A DNA stretch of 64,000 bases from positions 3,040,001-3,104,000 of the forward strand of contig OY760175.1 in NCBI GenBank assembly GCA_963663165.1. Direction: 5' to 3'. The stretch is from an uncultured Desulfospira sp. (GTDB lineage Bacteria; Desulfobacterota; Desulfobacteria; Desulfobacterales; Desulfobacteraceae). The translations under genes and the position numbers were made by a program. The notes under the pieces were generated by a model. That model saw only the letters and a program-made list of their open reading frames with translations, did no database searches and had not been told where the DNA came from. Shown here piece by piece: positions 29,551 to 38,396 of the stretch (within the stretch, counting starts at the first letter, position 1; each line of letters begins with the position of its first letter).

Positions 29551-30816
29551 ATGCAGACCATAAGAGGTTTTAGAGATATCCTGCCCGGCCAGATCGGCCT
29601 GTGGCAGAAGGTGGAAAAAGAAGCCGTATCCCTTTTTACGGCATTCGGCTATGAAGAGATCCGGATTCCGGTCATAGAGAAAACCCAGCTTTTTGCCCGG
29701 AGCATCGGAGAGGCCACGGACATCGTTGAAAAGGAAATGTACACCTTTGAAGACCGCAAAGGGGACAAGCTGACCCTAAGACCTGAGGCCACGGCCTCCA
29801 TCTGCCGGTCTTACATCCAGCACAAAATGCATGCCGCAGAACCGGTCAGGAAATTTTTCATGACCGGCCCCATGTTCCGGCGGGAAAGGCCCCAAAAGGG
29901 ACGATACCGGCAATTTTACCAGATTGACGCCGAGGTGTTCGGCGTTGAATCCGCCTATATTGATTCAGAGCTGATTTTTCTGCTCAACGAGCTATTCAGC
30001 CGGCTGGGCCTGACCGGACTTTCAGCCCACATCAACAGCCTGGGATGCCCGGAATGCCGTCCCCAATTCCAGAAGGCCCTGCTGGATTTTTTAGAAGACA
30101 AAAAAGAGGGTCTTTGCGACAATTGCCGGCGGCGGATGACCAAGAACCCCCTGCGGATACTGGACTGCAAGGTTGACACCTGCCGGCAGGCCCTTGAAGG
30201 GGCCCCGGCCACCATCGACCACCTGTGCCCTTCCTGTGAAGACCATTTTAAAATTGTCCGGGTTACCCTGGAAGCCCAGGGCGTGGATTTCCTGGTGGAC
30301 AAATCCCTGGTCAGGGGGCTGGATTATTATACCCGGACCGCCTGGGAGATCCAGACCACCAGCCTCGGTGCCCAGAGCGCCATTGCCGGCGGGGGGCGGT
30401 ATGACGGGCTTGTCAAGGAGCTGGGCGGCCCTGACACCCCGGCCATCGGGTTTGCCATCGGGTTTGACCGATTGGTAGAGGTCATGGAGCAGCTGGGCCA
30501 GGCACCGGAGCCGGCCCCACTGGACCTGTTTATCCTCCCCTTAGGGGACCAGGCCATGGAAAAGGCTTACCAATGGACATGCGATCTTAACCTTTCAGGG
30601 ATTTCCTGCCAGACCGATTACAGGGGCAAAAGCATGAAAAGCCTGATGAAGCGGGCCAATAAACTCAATGCCCGGTATGTGCTGATTGCCGGGGAAAATG
30701 AGCTTGCCCAGCACACATTAATTGTGAGAAATATGGAAACCAAAGAACAGTTCGAAGTTGCCATGGATAACCTGGTGCCGGAACTGAAAACCATCATAAC
30801 AACCACCAAAAGCTAA
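29551..30816 (+). CDS. hisS: Histidine--tRNA ligase
   Basis: LRPEATA, FRRERPQKGRYRQF, LVRGLDYY, GGGRYDGL motifs. Confidence 0.98.
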   Translation: MQTIRGFRDILPGQIGLWQKVEKEAVSLFTAFGYEEIRIPVIEKTQLFARSIGEATDIVEKEMYTFEDRKGDKLTLRPEATASICRSYIQHKMHAAEPVRKFFMTGPMFRRERPQKGRYRQFYQIDAEVFGVESAYIDSELIFLLNELFSRLGLTGLSAHINSLGCPECRPQFQKALLDFLEDKKEGLCDNCRRRMTKNPLRILDCKVDTCRQALEGAPATIDHLCPSCEDHFKIVRVTLEAQGVDFLVDKSLVRGLDYYTRTAWEIQTTSLGAQSAIAGGGRYDGLVKELGGPDTPAIGFAIGFDRLVEVMEQLGQAPEPAPLDLFILPLGDQAMEKAYQWTCDLNLSGISCQTDYRGKSMKSLMKRANKLNARYVLIAGENELAQHTLIVRNMETKEQFEVAMDNLVPELKTIITTTKS

Positions 30817-30862
30817 CCGCTGAGTGCTAACAGCTAAAAGCTAATAGCTAAAGGCTAACTGC
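30811..30862 (+). repeat. Heptamer tandem repeat (NGCTAAN)x7 between hisS and aspS
   Basis: agctaac cgctgag tgctaac agctaaa agctaat agctaaa ggctaac; the first unit contains the hisS stop codon. Confidence 0.85.
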
Positions 30863-30885
30863 TTTCAACAAAAGGAAAAAACCAG

Positions 30886-32670
30886 GTGACGGATTTAATA
30901 GGAAAACGGACCCACTACTGCTCAGCGCTTCGGGAGAGCCATATTGGACAGGAAGTGGTTTTAATGGGATGGGTGCAGCACCGCCGGGATCACGGCGGCG
31001 TCATTTTTGTGGATTTAAGGGACCGGGCCGGCATCACCCAGGTGGTATTTAACCCGGTCATCTCAGCGGCGGTCCATGAGAAGGCCCAGGAAATCAGGAA
31101 TGAATATGTCATCGGGGTGAAAGGGAAAGTCGCGGCCAGACTTGAGGGCATGGTCAATCCCAATATGGAAACCGGTGCCATTGAAATTTTAGCTGATGAG
31201 CTTGAAGTCTTTTCACGGGCCAAAACCCCGGCCTTCCAGATTGAGGACCGGGTAGAGGCCTCGGAAACCATAAGGCTCCAGTACCGGCACCTGGACCTGC
31301 GGCGGCCCCAGCTTAAAAACAACATCCTGGCCCGGCACAAAGCCACCATGGCCGTGAGAAATTATCTGGACGCCAACGGGTTTATCGACATTGAAACCCC
31401 GTTTTTAACCAAATCCACCCCGGAAGGGGCAAGGGATTACCTGGTCCCCTCCCGGGTGAACCAGGGACAGTTTTACGCCCTTCCCCAAAGCCCCCAGCTG
31501 TTCAAACAGCTGCTCATGATTGCCGGGTTTGACCGGTACTACCAGATTGTCAAATGCTTCAGGGACGAGGACTTAAGAGCCGACCGGCAGCCGGAGTTCA
31601 CCCAGATCGACATGGAGCTTTCCTTTGTCACCGAAGAGCAGATCATGGAGATGGCCGAAGGGATGATCCGGACCGTATTCAAAACCGTCCTTGACCTGGA
31701 CCTTGACCCGTCTTTTCCCAGGCTCACCTATGACGAGGCCATGGAACGGTTTGGCCTGGACCGGCCCGATCTGAGGTTTGGCTTAGAGCTGTGCAATGTA
31801 TCGGACATTGTGGCCAAAACCGGATTCAAGGTATTTGCCAGTGTGGTGAAAAACAACGGCCTGGTCAAGGCCATCAATGCCAAGGGATGTGCCTCTTTTA
31901 CCCGAAGGGAAATTGATGAGCTCACGGAATTTGCCGCCGTTTACAAGGCAAAGGGGCTTGCCTGGATCAAGATTAAAGAGGACCAGTGGCAGTCCCCCAT
32001 TGCCAAATTTTTTACCGATGACGAGAAAGAGGCCCTGCGCCAGCGCCTGGATCTCGAGCCCGGGGATATTGTCTTTTTTGTGGCAGACCAGCCCAAAATC
32101 ACCAACGAGGCCTTAGGGCAGTTGAGAAACGAACTGGGAAGGCGGCTGAACCTGATCAGGGATGACGAGTTCAAATTTACCTGGGTCACGGATTTCCCCC
32201 TCATGGAGTATGACGAGACCGAAAAACGGCACCAGGCCCTTCACCATCCCTTTACCTGCCCGAACAAAGAAGACCTGGACAAACTGGAGACCGACACCCT
32301 TAACGTCAAATCAAGGGCCTATGACCTGGTTCTCAACGGGATTGAAATCGGCGGGGGGTCCATTCGTATCCATGATATGGATCTTCAGAAAAGAATTTTC
32401 AAACTTCTGGGCATCGGTGAAGCAGAAGCCAATGAAAAATTCGGGTTTCTCCTGGAGGCCCTGGAGTCCGGGGCACCGCCCCACGGCGGGATTGCCTTTG
32501 GCCTGGACCGGCTGATCATGCTGGTTTGCAAGGAAGACTCCATCCGGAACGTGATTGCCTTTCCCAAAACCCAGAAGGCCACCTGTCTTTTGACCCAGGC
32601 CCCTTCAGAGGCAGGGCTCGCCCAGCTTCAGGAACTGGGCATCCGGATCTCAAAAATCAGTGAGCAGTAA
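30886..32670 (+). CDS. aspS: Aspartate--tRNA ligase (RRDHGG, non-discriminating type)
   Basis: STPEGARDYLVPSR, LPQSPQLFKQ, FRDEDLRADRQPEFTQ, PPHGGIAFGLDR motifs. Confidence 0.98.
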   Translation: MTDLIGKRTHYCSALRESHIGQEVVLMGWVQHRRDHGGVIFVDLRDRAGITQVVFNPVISAAVHEKAQEIRNEYVIGVKGKVAARLEGMVNPNMETGAIEILADELEVFSRAKTPAFQIEDRVEASETIRLQYRHLDLRRPQLKNNILARHKATMAVRNYLDANGFIDIETPFLTKSTPEGARDYLVPSRVNQGQFYALPQSPQLFKQLLMIAGFDRYYQIVKCFRDEDLRADRQPEFTQIDMELSFVTEEQIMEMAEGMIRTVFKTVLDLDLDPSFPRLTYDEAMERFGLDRPDLRFGLELCNVSDIVAKTGFKVFASVVKNNGLVKAINAKGCASFTRREIDELTEFAAVYKAKGLAWIKIKEDQWQSPIAKFFTDDEKEALRQRLDLEPGDIVFFVADQPKITNEALGQLRNELGRRLNLIRDDEFKFTWVTDFPLMEYDETEKRHQALHHPFTCPNKEDLDKLETDTLNVKSRAYDLVLNGIEIGGGSIRIHDMDLQKRIFKLLGIGEAEANEKFGFLLEALESGAPPHGGIAFGLDRLIMLVCKEDSIRNVIAFPKTQKATCLLTQAPSEAGLAQLQELGIRISKISEQ

Positions 32671-32701
32671 ACCCATCCCCTGAAAATTCATATTAAAATT
32701 C

Positions 32702-32734
32702 AAAAAGGCTGCCCGGTATGGGCAGCCTTTTTTT
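32702..32734. terminator. Bidirectional Rho-independent terminator between aspS and minE
   Basis: AAAAAGGCTGCCC-GGTAT-GGGCAGCCTTTTTTT. Confidence 0.9.
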
Positions 32735-32757
32735 AGACTTTGCAAAAATTTTGTTGC

Positions 32758-33024
32758 TTATGATTTTTTTCTCTTAACCTGCAAAATGGGCGTATTAAAG
32801 ACCAGGGCCGACACATCATCATCCCGCTTGACCTTTAATTCCAGGGAATTGGTGTCAATTTCAAAATATTTGGAAATCACCGATACAATATCCTGCTGAA
32901 GGTCTGTGAGGGTGGTGTCGTTCACTTCAAGTTTGTCGTATATCAGGGAAAAGTGAAGCCGTTTTTTGGCCGCATCCGAACTTTTTTTCTGAGTTGAAAA
33001 TCTTTTTAACAATCCGCCAAACAT
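32758..33024 (-). CDS. minE: Cell division topological specificity factor
   Basis: SSDAAKKRL...DIVSVISKY; last gene of minCDE. Confidence 0.9.
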   Translation of the reverse strand: MFGGLLKRFSTQKKSSDAAKKRLHFSLIYDKLEVNDTTLTDLQQDIVSVISKYFEIDTNSLELKVKRDDDVSALVFNTPILQVKRKKS

Positions 33025-33033
33025 CGTTCCCCC

Positions 33034-33834
33034 TTATTGTGTCAAGCCCAGTGTTTTTGAAATTTTGCTCCACATGCTCGTCTTGTTGGTGGGAATCTCA
33101 ACGGGCAGGTCTTCTTCCCCATCCAGCCGTCTGGCAATCCGCTTGAACGCCTGGCCTGCTTTGGAATCTTCCTGAAGCACAAGGGGCATTCCTGTGTTGG
33201 AGGAGATCAACACCTTATCATCCATGGGAACAATGCCGGCCAGGTCAATGGAAAGGACTTCCAACACATCCTCGTGGCTGAGCATCTCACCGCGCTCCAC
33301 CCTTGCCGGCTCCACCCGGTTGACAATGAGTTTGGGCTCAAGGGACCGGGCATAGAGCAGCCCGATGACCCGGTCTGCATCCCTGACCGCAGACACGTCA
33401 GGGGTACAGATGACCAGGGCCTGGTCTGCGGCCGTCACTGAATTTTCAAACCCCCGTTCAATGCCGGCGGGAGAATCCATGATCACATAATCAAAATTCT
33501 TGCGCAGCTCTTTGGCCACCCGCTCCACCCCGGACGGGGTCAGCACGTCTTTGTTGTCACTCTGGGATGCGGGGATCAGAAAAAGGTTCTCTATTCTTCT
33601 GTCCCGGATGGCGGCCTGGCTGATCTTGCACTGGCCTTTTACCAGATCTACAATATTGAAAACAATCCGATTCTCCAGGCCCATGACCACATCAAGGTTC
33701 CTCAACCCGATATCCATGTCCACAATGGCGACCCGGTTTCCACCAAGGGCCAGCGCAGCGCCGATAGAAGAGGTTGCCGTCGTTTTACCAACACCGCCCT
33801 TGCCTGAAGTCACGACAATGATTTTACCTTCCAA
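33034..33834 (-). CDS. minD: Septum site-determining ATPase
   Basis: SGKGGVGKTT, DIGLRNLDVVMGLENR, DSPAGIE, DADRVIGLL; probable TTG start at 33834 after GAGGTG. Confidence 0.96.
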   Translation of the reverse strand: MEGKIIVVTSGKGGVGKTTATSSIGAALALGGNRVAIVDMDIGLRNLDVVMGLENRIVFNIVDLVKGQCKISQAAIRDRRIENLFLIPASQSDNKDVLTPSGVERVAKELRKNFDYVIMDSPAGIERGFENSVTAADQALVICTPDVSAVRDADRVIGLLYARSLEPKLIVNRVEPARVERGEMLSHEDVLEVLSIDLAGIVPMDDKVLISSNTGMPLVLQEDSKAGQAFKRIARRLDGEEDLPVEIPTNKTSMWSKISKTLGLTQ

Positions 33835-33971
33835 TTCACACCTCAAGATTTGTTGATATTCTTATATGGCCCGCTACACGGTAATTGGCAGCAAACCCGT
33901 GTTTGGACGAAAAATTGCCCAGATGCAACTTTTTCTGTAACGCCGCAGATGGGTGACTTTTCGTTCAAACA

Positions 33972-34670
33972 CTATACAGCCTCCGGCCACGGCATCTTTC
34001 TGAACGGACTGGCCTTCATATAATCTTTTACAATAATTTTTTTATCTTCCACATAGGCAAACTCAGGCCGTGCCCCCACCTTTTCTTCACTGCCCGCCGC
34101 TGAAATCTTCCCGATTTTGACGTGGGTAGGATTAAACTCCAGGGCAAAAATAATGGCGTCTGTATTGTCCGGACTGCCGGCATGAACCTTTCCGGCAAGC
34201 CGCCCTAGAACGATCACATCCCCCCCGGACCGGATCTCTGAACCCGGGTTCACATCCCCTGTGATGACCACATGTTTTCGGGTATCAATTTTCTGGCCGG
34301 ATCTGACCCGTCCCCGGAGCATGAGGACATCACTCCGGTGGTGATCCCATCCACGGGACACGTCCCGCTGACGGATTCTTGCTGTAGGAATAGACCGTTT
34401 TTTAGGGGGGGTGGATACCCGGCCCACATCAAATTTCTCGATGAGGCGGGATTTGATCCGGTCGATCAGTCCCTGATATTCCGGTGTATTGGAATCTTCC
34501 CCGAGATCCAGCACCACACTGGCATTCACGGTAAGATGCCTTAATTTTACAAACAGCTTGTCAATCTCGGAAGTTAAAAGATCTTCGGGATGGGAAGGGT
34601 CAATGGTTACCCATAACCCGCCGCCGGCTCCTTTGAGTTTTACAGGCACAGGGGTCTCAAAATCAATCAT
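33972..34670 (-). CDS. minC: Septum site-determining protein
   Basis: VRSGQ, GDVNPGSEI, G..VHAG beta-helix motifs. Confidence 0.92.
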   Translation of the reverse strand: MIDFETPVPVKLKGAGGGLWVTIDPSHPEDLLTSEIDKLFVKLRHLTVNASVVLDLGEDSNTPEYQGLIDRIKSRLIEKFDVGRVSTPPKKRSIPTARIRQRDVSRGWDHHRSDVLMLRGRVRSGQKIDTRKHVVITGDVNPGSEIRSGGDVIVLGRLAGKVHAGSPDNTDAIIFALEFNPTHVKIGKISAAGSEEKVGARPEFAYVEDKKIIVKDYMKASPFRKMPWPEAV

Positions 34671-34731
34671 CTTTGTCCTGCCGAATGGTTAAAAATTTAT
34701 TGTCTGAGGGACTATAGAAAATCGGCAAGGA

Positions 34732-35874
34732 TTATTCAAGGACTTCCCTAATTTTATGGGAAAAATCAATCACGGAATAGGGTTTGAGGATATACCCCTT
34801 GCACCCGCGTTTGAGCATTTCCTGGGCCTTGTCATCAATGGAATACCCTGTTGACAAGAGGACCTTGACATCAGGGTTGAGCCTTTTCAGCTTTTTAAAG
34901 GTTTCAAGCCCGTTCATCTCGGGCATGATCATATCCAGGATCACCAGGTTGATTTCATTTTTCTTTTGTTTGTAAATCTTTAAGGCCTCTTTGCCGGAGT
35001 CGGCGGTGACCACCTTATACCCCAAGGCTTTGCAGATCTCACGGCCCACGGTGAGTATCCGCTGCTCATCATCCACAAGAAGAACCGATTCACAGCCCAA
35101 GGCCAGCTTCTGGTCCGCAGAAAGAAAATTGTTGTTTTCCAGCGGTTTTGACAGGGGGAGGATGATGGAAAACGAGGATCCCACACCAGGGCTGCTCCAT
35201 ACGTCAATCACCCCTTTGTGGTTTTTAACGATCTCCCGGGCAAAGGTAAGGCCAAGGCCCTGTTTTTCAGGATGATTTTTATGGTCTGCCGAATAAAAGG
35301 GCCTGAAGATCTTTTCCAGGGTCTCCCCGTCCATGCCGATGCCGGTATCGGTGACTGTAATTTTGGCAAACTTTCCGCTGTCAAGGCCATAGGCCTGGGC
35401 CGTACCGTTCATCAGCACAGCGGATTCTGCACAAATGGAAAGCTTTCCCCCTTTTGGCATGGCCTGAAGGGCATTCTCAATGACGGCACTGAAAACCTGG
35501 TTTATTTTTTCATGGTCCGCCTCAATGGTCAGCGGATTGGATTCCAGGTCAACATCCAGGATCACGCCTTTGCCCCGCAGTTCCAGATTCTCAACAATTT
35601 TACGGACCATACGGTTAATATCAATGGGGCTGGTATAAAACTCATTGGCCTTGGCAAAGCCCAACAGCTGATTGGCGATTTCAGACCCCTTGTCGATGCA
35701 GTGGATAATTTCTTTGATATGGCAATAAAGGGGGTCTTTGGAACTGACACTGTTCATCATCAAGGAAGCATGCCCTTTGATAGCGGATAGCAGATTATTA
35801 AAATCATGAGCTATGCCGCCGGCCAGCGCCTCTACAACATCGGTGTCTTCATTTTTTAAATGAATATGTTCCAT
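34732..35874 (-). CDS. Cytoplasmic hybrid histidine kinase/receiver (CckA-like) lacking a sensor domain
   Basis: LAGGIAHDFNNLL H-box about 16 aa from the start; HATPase; C-terminal REC (LDMIMP). Confidence 0.9.
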   Translation of the reverse strand: MEHIHLKNEDTDVVEALAGGIAHDFNNLLSAIKGHASLMMNSVSSKDPLYCHIKEIIHCIDKGSEIANQLLGFAKANEFYTSPIDINRMVRKIVENLELRGKGVILDVDLESNPLTIEADHEKINQVFSAVIENALQAMPKGGKLSICAESAVLMNGTAQAYGLDSGKFAKITVTDTGIGMDGETLEKIFRPFYSADHKNHPEKQGLGLTFAREIVKNHKGVIDVWSSPGVGSSFSIILPLSKPLENNNFLSADQKLALGCESVLLVDDEQRILTVGREICKALGYKVVTADSGKEALKIYKQKKNEINLVILDMIMPEMNGLETFKKLKRLNPDVKVLLSTGYSIDDKAQEMLKRGCKGYILKPYSVIDFSHKIREVLE

Positions 35875-36020
35875 ATCGTATTATCCTCTTCAGCCGTTTT
35901 TACGGGTTACCTTTTTCGCAGTGTCCGGATATAATAGAAAATATTTCATCACATTTCAATCGTAAACATTTTTCTAGGTGCAATTTTTTTTCTTTATCCT
36001 CCCCCAACATCAATTTTCCC

Positions 36021-36049
36021 TTGACAATACTGCACGGCCCTTGTATTTA
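36021..36049 (+). promoter_or_regulatory. Sigma-70 promoter of the aroF-aroB leader
   Basis: TTGACA-N17-TATTTA; the predicted start site falls at or near the leader ATG (36057). Confidence 0.55.
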
Positions 36050-36056
36050 GCACACC

Positions 36057-36146
36057 ATGATGTTCTTGTATATAGAAACAATACAAAATTTTTACCGGGT
36101 ATACCGCTGGTGGCGTTTCAGGGCCTGCAGTGGAATTCCTGTCTGA
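36057..36146 (+). CDS. Aromatic-amino-acid attenuator leader peptide MMFLYIETIQNFYRVYRWWRFRACSGIPV
   Basis: 29 codons translated by hand: 3 Phe, 3 Tyr, tandem Trp-Trp; directly upstream of a terminator and aroF; below the ORF-track size cutoff. Confidence 0.8.
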   Translation: MMFLYIETIQNFYRVYRWWRFRACSGIPV

Positions 36147-36171
36147 CGAAACCCGTTATTATTTGGACATG

Positions 36172-36213
36172 AAAAGGCTGCCGGTCAAAGACTGCGGCCT
36201 TTTTTGTTTTTTT
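36172..36213 (+). terminator. Attenuator terminator upstream of aroF
   Basis: AAAAGGCTGC-C-GGTC-AAA-GACT-GCGGCCTTTTTTGTTTTTTT. Confidence 0.8.
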
Positions 36214-36290
36214 CGGGCTGCCGTTCACGGGCCTTTTTTATTGCTCAATATAAGGATAATTGTTAATACTGCTAAATGCTGGAGGAAACC

Positions 36291-37304
36291 ATGCTGATTG
36301 TAATGGAAAAAAATTCAACCCAGGAGCAAATCCAGGCCGCTGTTGAGGCGGTGGAAAAAAGAGGGTACACGGCCCGGCCCATACCCGGTGGAGACCGGGT
36401 GTCCATCGGGGTCCTGTACAACAAAGGGTTTGTGGACAACGCCCATTTCCTAGGACTTGCCGGAGTAAAGGAGGTCATCCCGGTGACCAAACCCTATAAA
36501 CTTGTCAGCCGGGAAGTCAAACCGGAAAACACCCGGATCAAAGTGGGAGATGTGGTGTTCGGAGACGGGAGTATCCCGGTCATGGCAGGACCCTGTGCCG
36601 TGGAAAGCGAAAGCCAGATCCTGGCCATTGCCCGGGCCGTTAAAGCATGCGGGGCGGGCCTTCTCAGGGGCGGGGCCTTTAAACCCCGGACTTCCCCCTA
36701 TTCTTTTCAGGGGTTGGGTGAAGAGGGACTTAAATTTCTGGCCAAAGCCCGTGAGGAAACCGGGCTTCCCATAGTGACCGAAGCCATGGATGTTGAAAAT
36801 TTTGATGTGGTGGAGGCCTACGCCGACGTGGTGCAGATCGGTACCCGGAATATGCAGAATTACAGCCTTCTTCGCAGAGCCGGCAAATCAAACCGCCCCA
36901 TTATACTAAAACGGGGCATGTCGGCCACCCTTCCGGAATGGCTCATGGCCGCCGAATATATCATGGAAGAGGGAAACCCCGACGTGATTCTCTGTGAACG
37001 GGGGGTCAGAACCTTTGTCCGCCATTCCAGAAACACCCTGGACCTGTCCGTGGTCCCTGCGGCCAGAAAAGAAAGCCATCTGCCCATTATTGTGGACCCC
37101 AGCCACGCTTCAGGGGTAAGGGACCAGGTCATCCCCCTGGCCTGTGCCGCCGCAGCCCTTGAGGCCGACGGCATCATGATTGAAGTCCACAACTGCCCGG
37201 ACGATGCCTTAAGTGACGGGGCCCAGTCCCTTTATCCGGAACAGTTTGCCGTTGTCATGAAAAAAATCAACGCCATCCATGCCATCATGAAAACAACCAA
37301 ATGA
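36291..37304 (+). CDS. aroF: 3-deoxy-7-phosphoheptulonate (DAHP) synthase, type I-beta with N-terminal regulatory domain
   Basis: AGPCAVES, GGAFKPRTSPYSFQG, QIGTRNMQN, LCERG, DPSH, MIEVH; GGAGG RBS before ATG 36291. Confidence 0.95.
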   Translation: MLIVMEKNSTQEQIQAAVEAVEKRGYTARPIPGGDRVSIGVLYNKGFVDNAHFLGLAGVKEVIPVTKPYKLVSREVKPENTRIKVGDVVFGDGSIPVMAGPCAVESESQILAIARAVKACGAGLLRGGAFKPRTSPYSFQGLGEEGLKFLAKAREETGLPIVTEAMDVENFDVVEAYADVVQIGTRNMQNYSLLRRAGKSNRPIILKRGMSATLPEWLMAAEYIMEEGNPDVILCERGVRTFVRHSRNTLDLSVVPAARKESHLPIIVDPSHASGVRDQVIPLACAAAALEADGIMIEVHNCPDDALSDGAQSLYPEQFAVVMKKINAIHAIMKTTK

Positions 37305-38332
37305 AAACCTTTTATGTCAATGGCCGGTTAGGCCGGTCCGCCATTCATGTGGGGGAGTCTCTGGGAAACGTACAGAATTATCTTCCGGAGACTTCCCCGG
37401 TCATCATCACCGACACCCACATTGCATCCCTTTATAAGGATAAATTTCCCAGGGGCACGGTGATCACCATTGGTACGGGAGAAAAGATCAAAACCCTTCA
37501 CACGGTGGAATTCATCTTAAGGGAAATGATCAGCTCAGGCTGTGACCGGTCCGGCTTTGTCCTTGGGATTGGCGGGGGCATTGTCTGTGATATTGCAGGG
37601 TTTGTGGCATCCGTGTTCCTGCGCGGGGTAAGGTTCGGGTTTGTGTCCACCTCGCTGTTGTCCCAGGTGGACGCCAGTGTGGGCGGCAAAAACGGGGTCA
37701 ACCTGGATGCCTATAAAAACATGGTGGGCGTGTTTAACCAGCCCGAATTTGTCCTGTGTGACATGGCCATGCTGGCCACCCTGCCCAAGGCTGAAATCTC
37801 AAACGGAATGGCGGAGATTGTCAAACATGGCCTGATTGCTGATCCTGCCCTGCTCTCGTTTATCGAAGAGAACCGGCAGAAGGCCCTGGACCTGGACCCG
37901 GACGTGATCTTCCGCTTAGTGGCCGATTCTGTGGCCATTAAATCCCGGGTGGTTGAAATGGATGAAAAAGAGGGCGGAGAAAGAAGAAAGCTCAACTTCG
38001 GCCACACCATCGGCCATGCCATTGAAAAGGCAGACCAGAACGGCCATGGCAGGGCGGTTGCCCTTGGCATGAAAGCCGCAGCCCTGTTCTCACAGCAGCA
38101 GGGCTACCTGACCGGGACGGATGTGGACCGGATTACGGACCTGCTGTCCGGCCTTAACCTGCCCACAACCCTGGACCATGATCCGGACCAGATTATCCGG
38201 GCCGCCTCAAAGGACAAGAAAAAACAGGGGGCTGACCTGTTCTTTGTCTTCCTGGAATCCCTGGGAAAGGCAAAAACTGAAAAAATCAGCTATAACCGGC
38301 TGAACGCCTTTATCCGGGAGGCGTTTGGATAG
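37301..38332 (+). CDS. aroB: 3-dehydroquinate synthase
   Basis: GGGIVCDIAGF, SQVDASVGGKNGVN, LNFGHTIGHAIE; ATGA overlap with aroF. Confidence 0.95.
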   Translation: MKTFYVNGRLGRSAIHVGESLGNVQNYLPETSPVIITDTHIASLYKDKFPRGTVITIGTGEKIKTLHTVEFILREMISSGCDRSGFVLGIGGGIVCDIAGFVASVFLRGVRFGFVSTSLLSQVDASVGGKNGVNLDAYKNMVGVFNQPEFVLCDMAMLATLPKAEISNGMAEIVKHGLIADPALLSFIEENRQKALDLDPDVIFRLVADSVAIKSRVVEMDEKEGGERRKLNFGHTIGHAIEKADQNGHGRAVALGMKAAALFSQQQGYLTGTDVDRITDLLSGLNLPTTLDHDPDQIIRAASKDKKKQGADLFFVFLESLGKAKTEKISYNRLNAFIREAFG

Positions 38333-38396
38333 CTGCCGGTTTTAGCCCCATTCGTTAACACGCTTCGTTCTATCAACCTTCAGGCTTTCATGGAAA

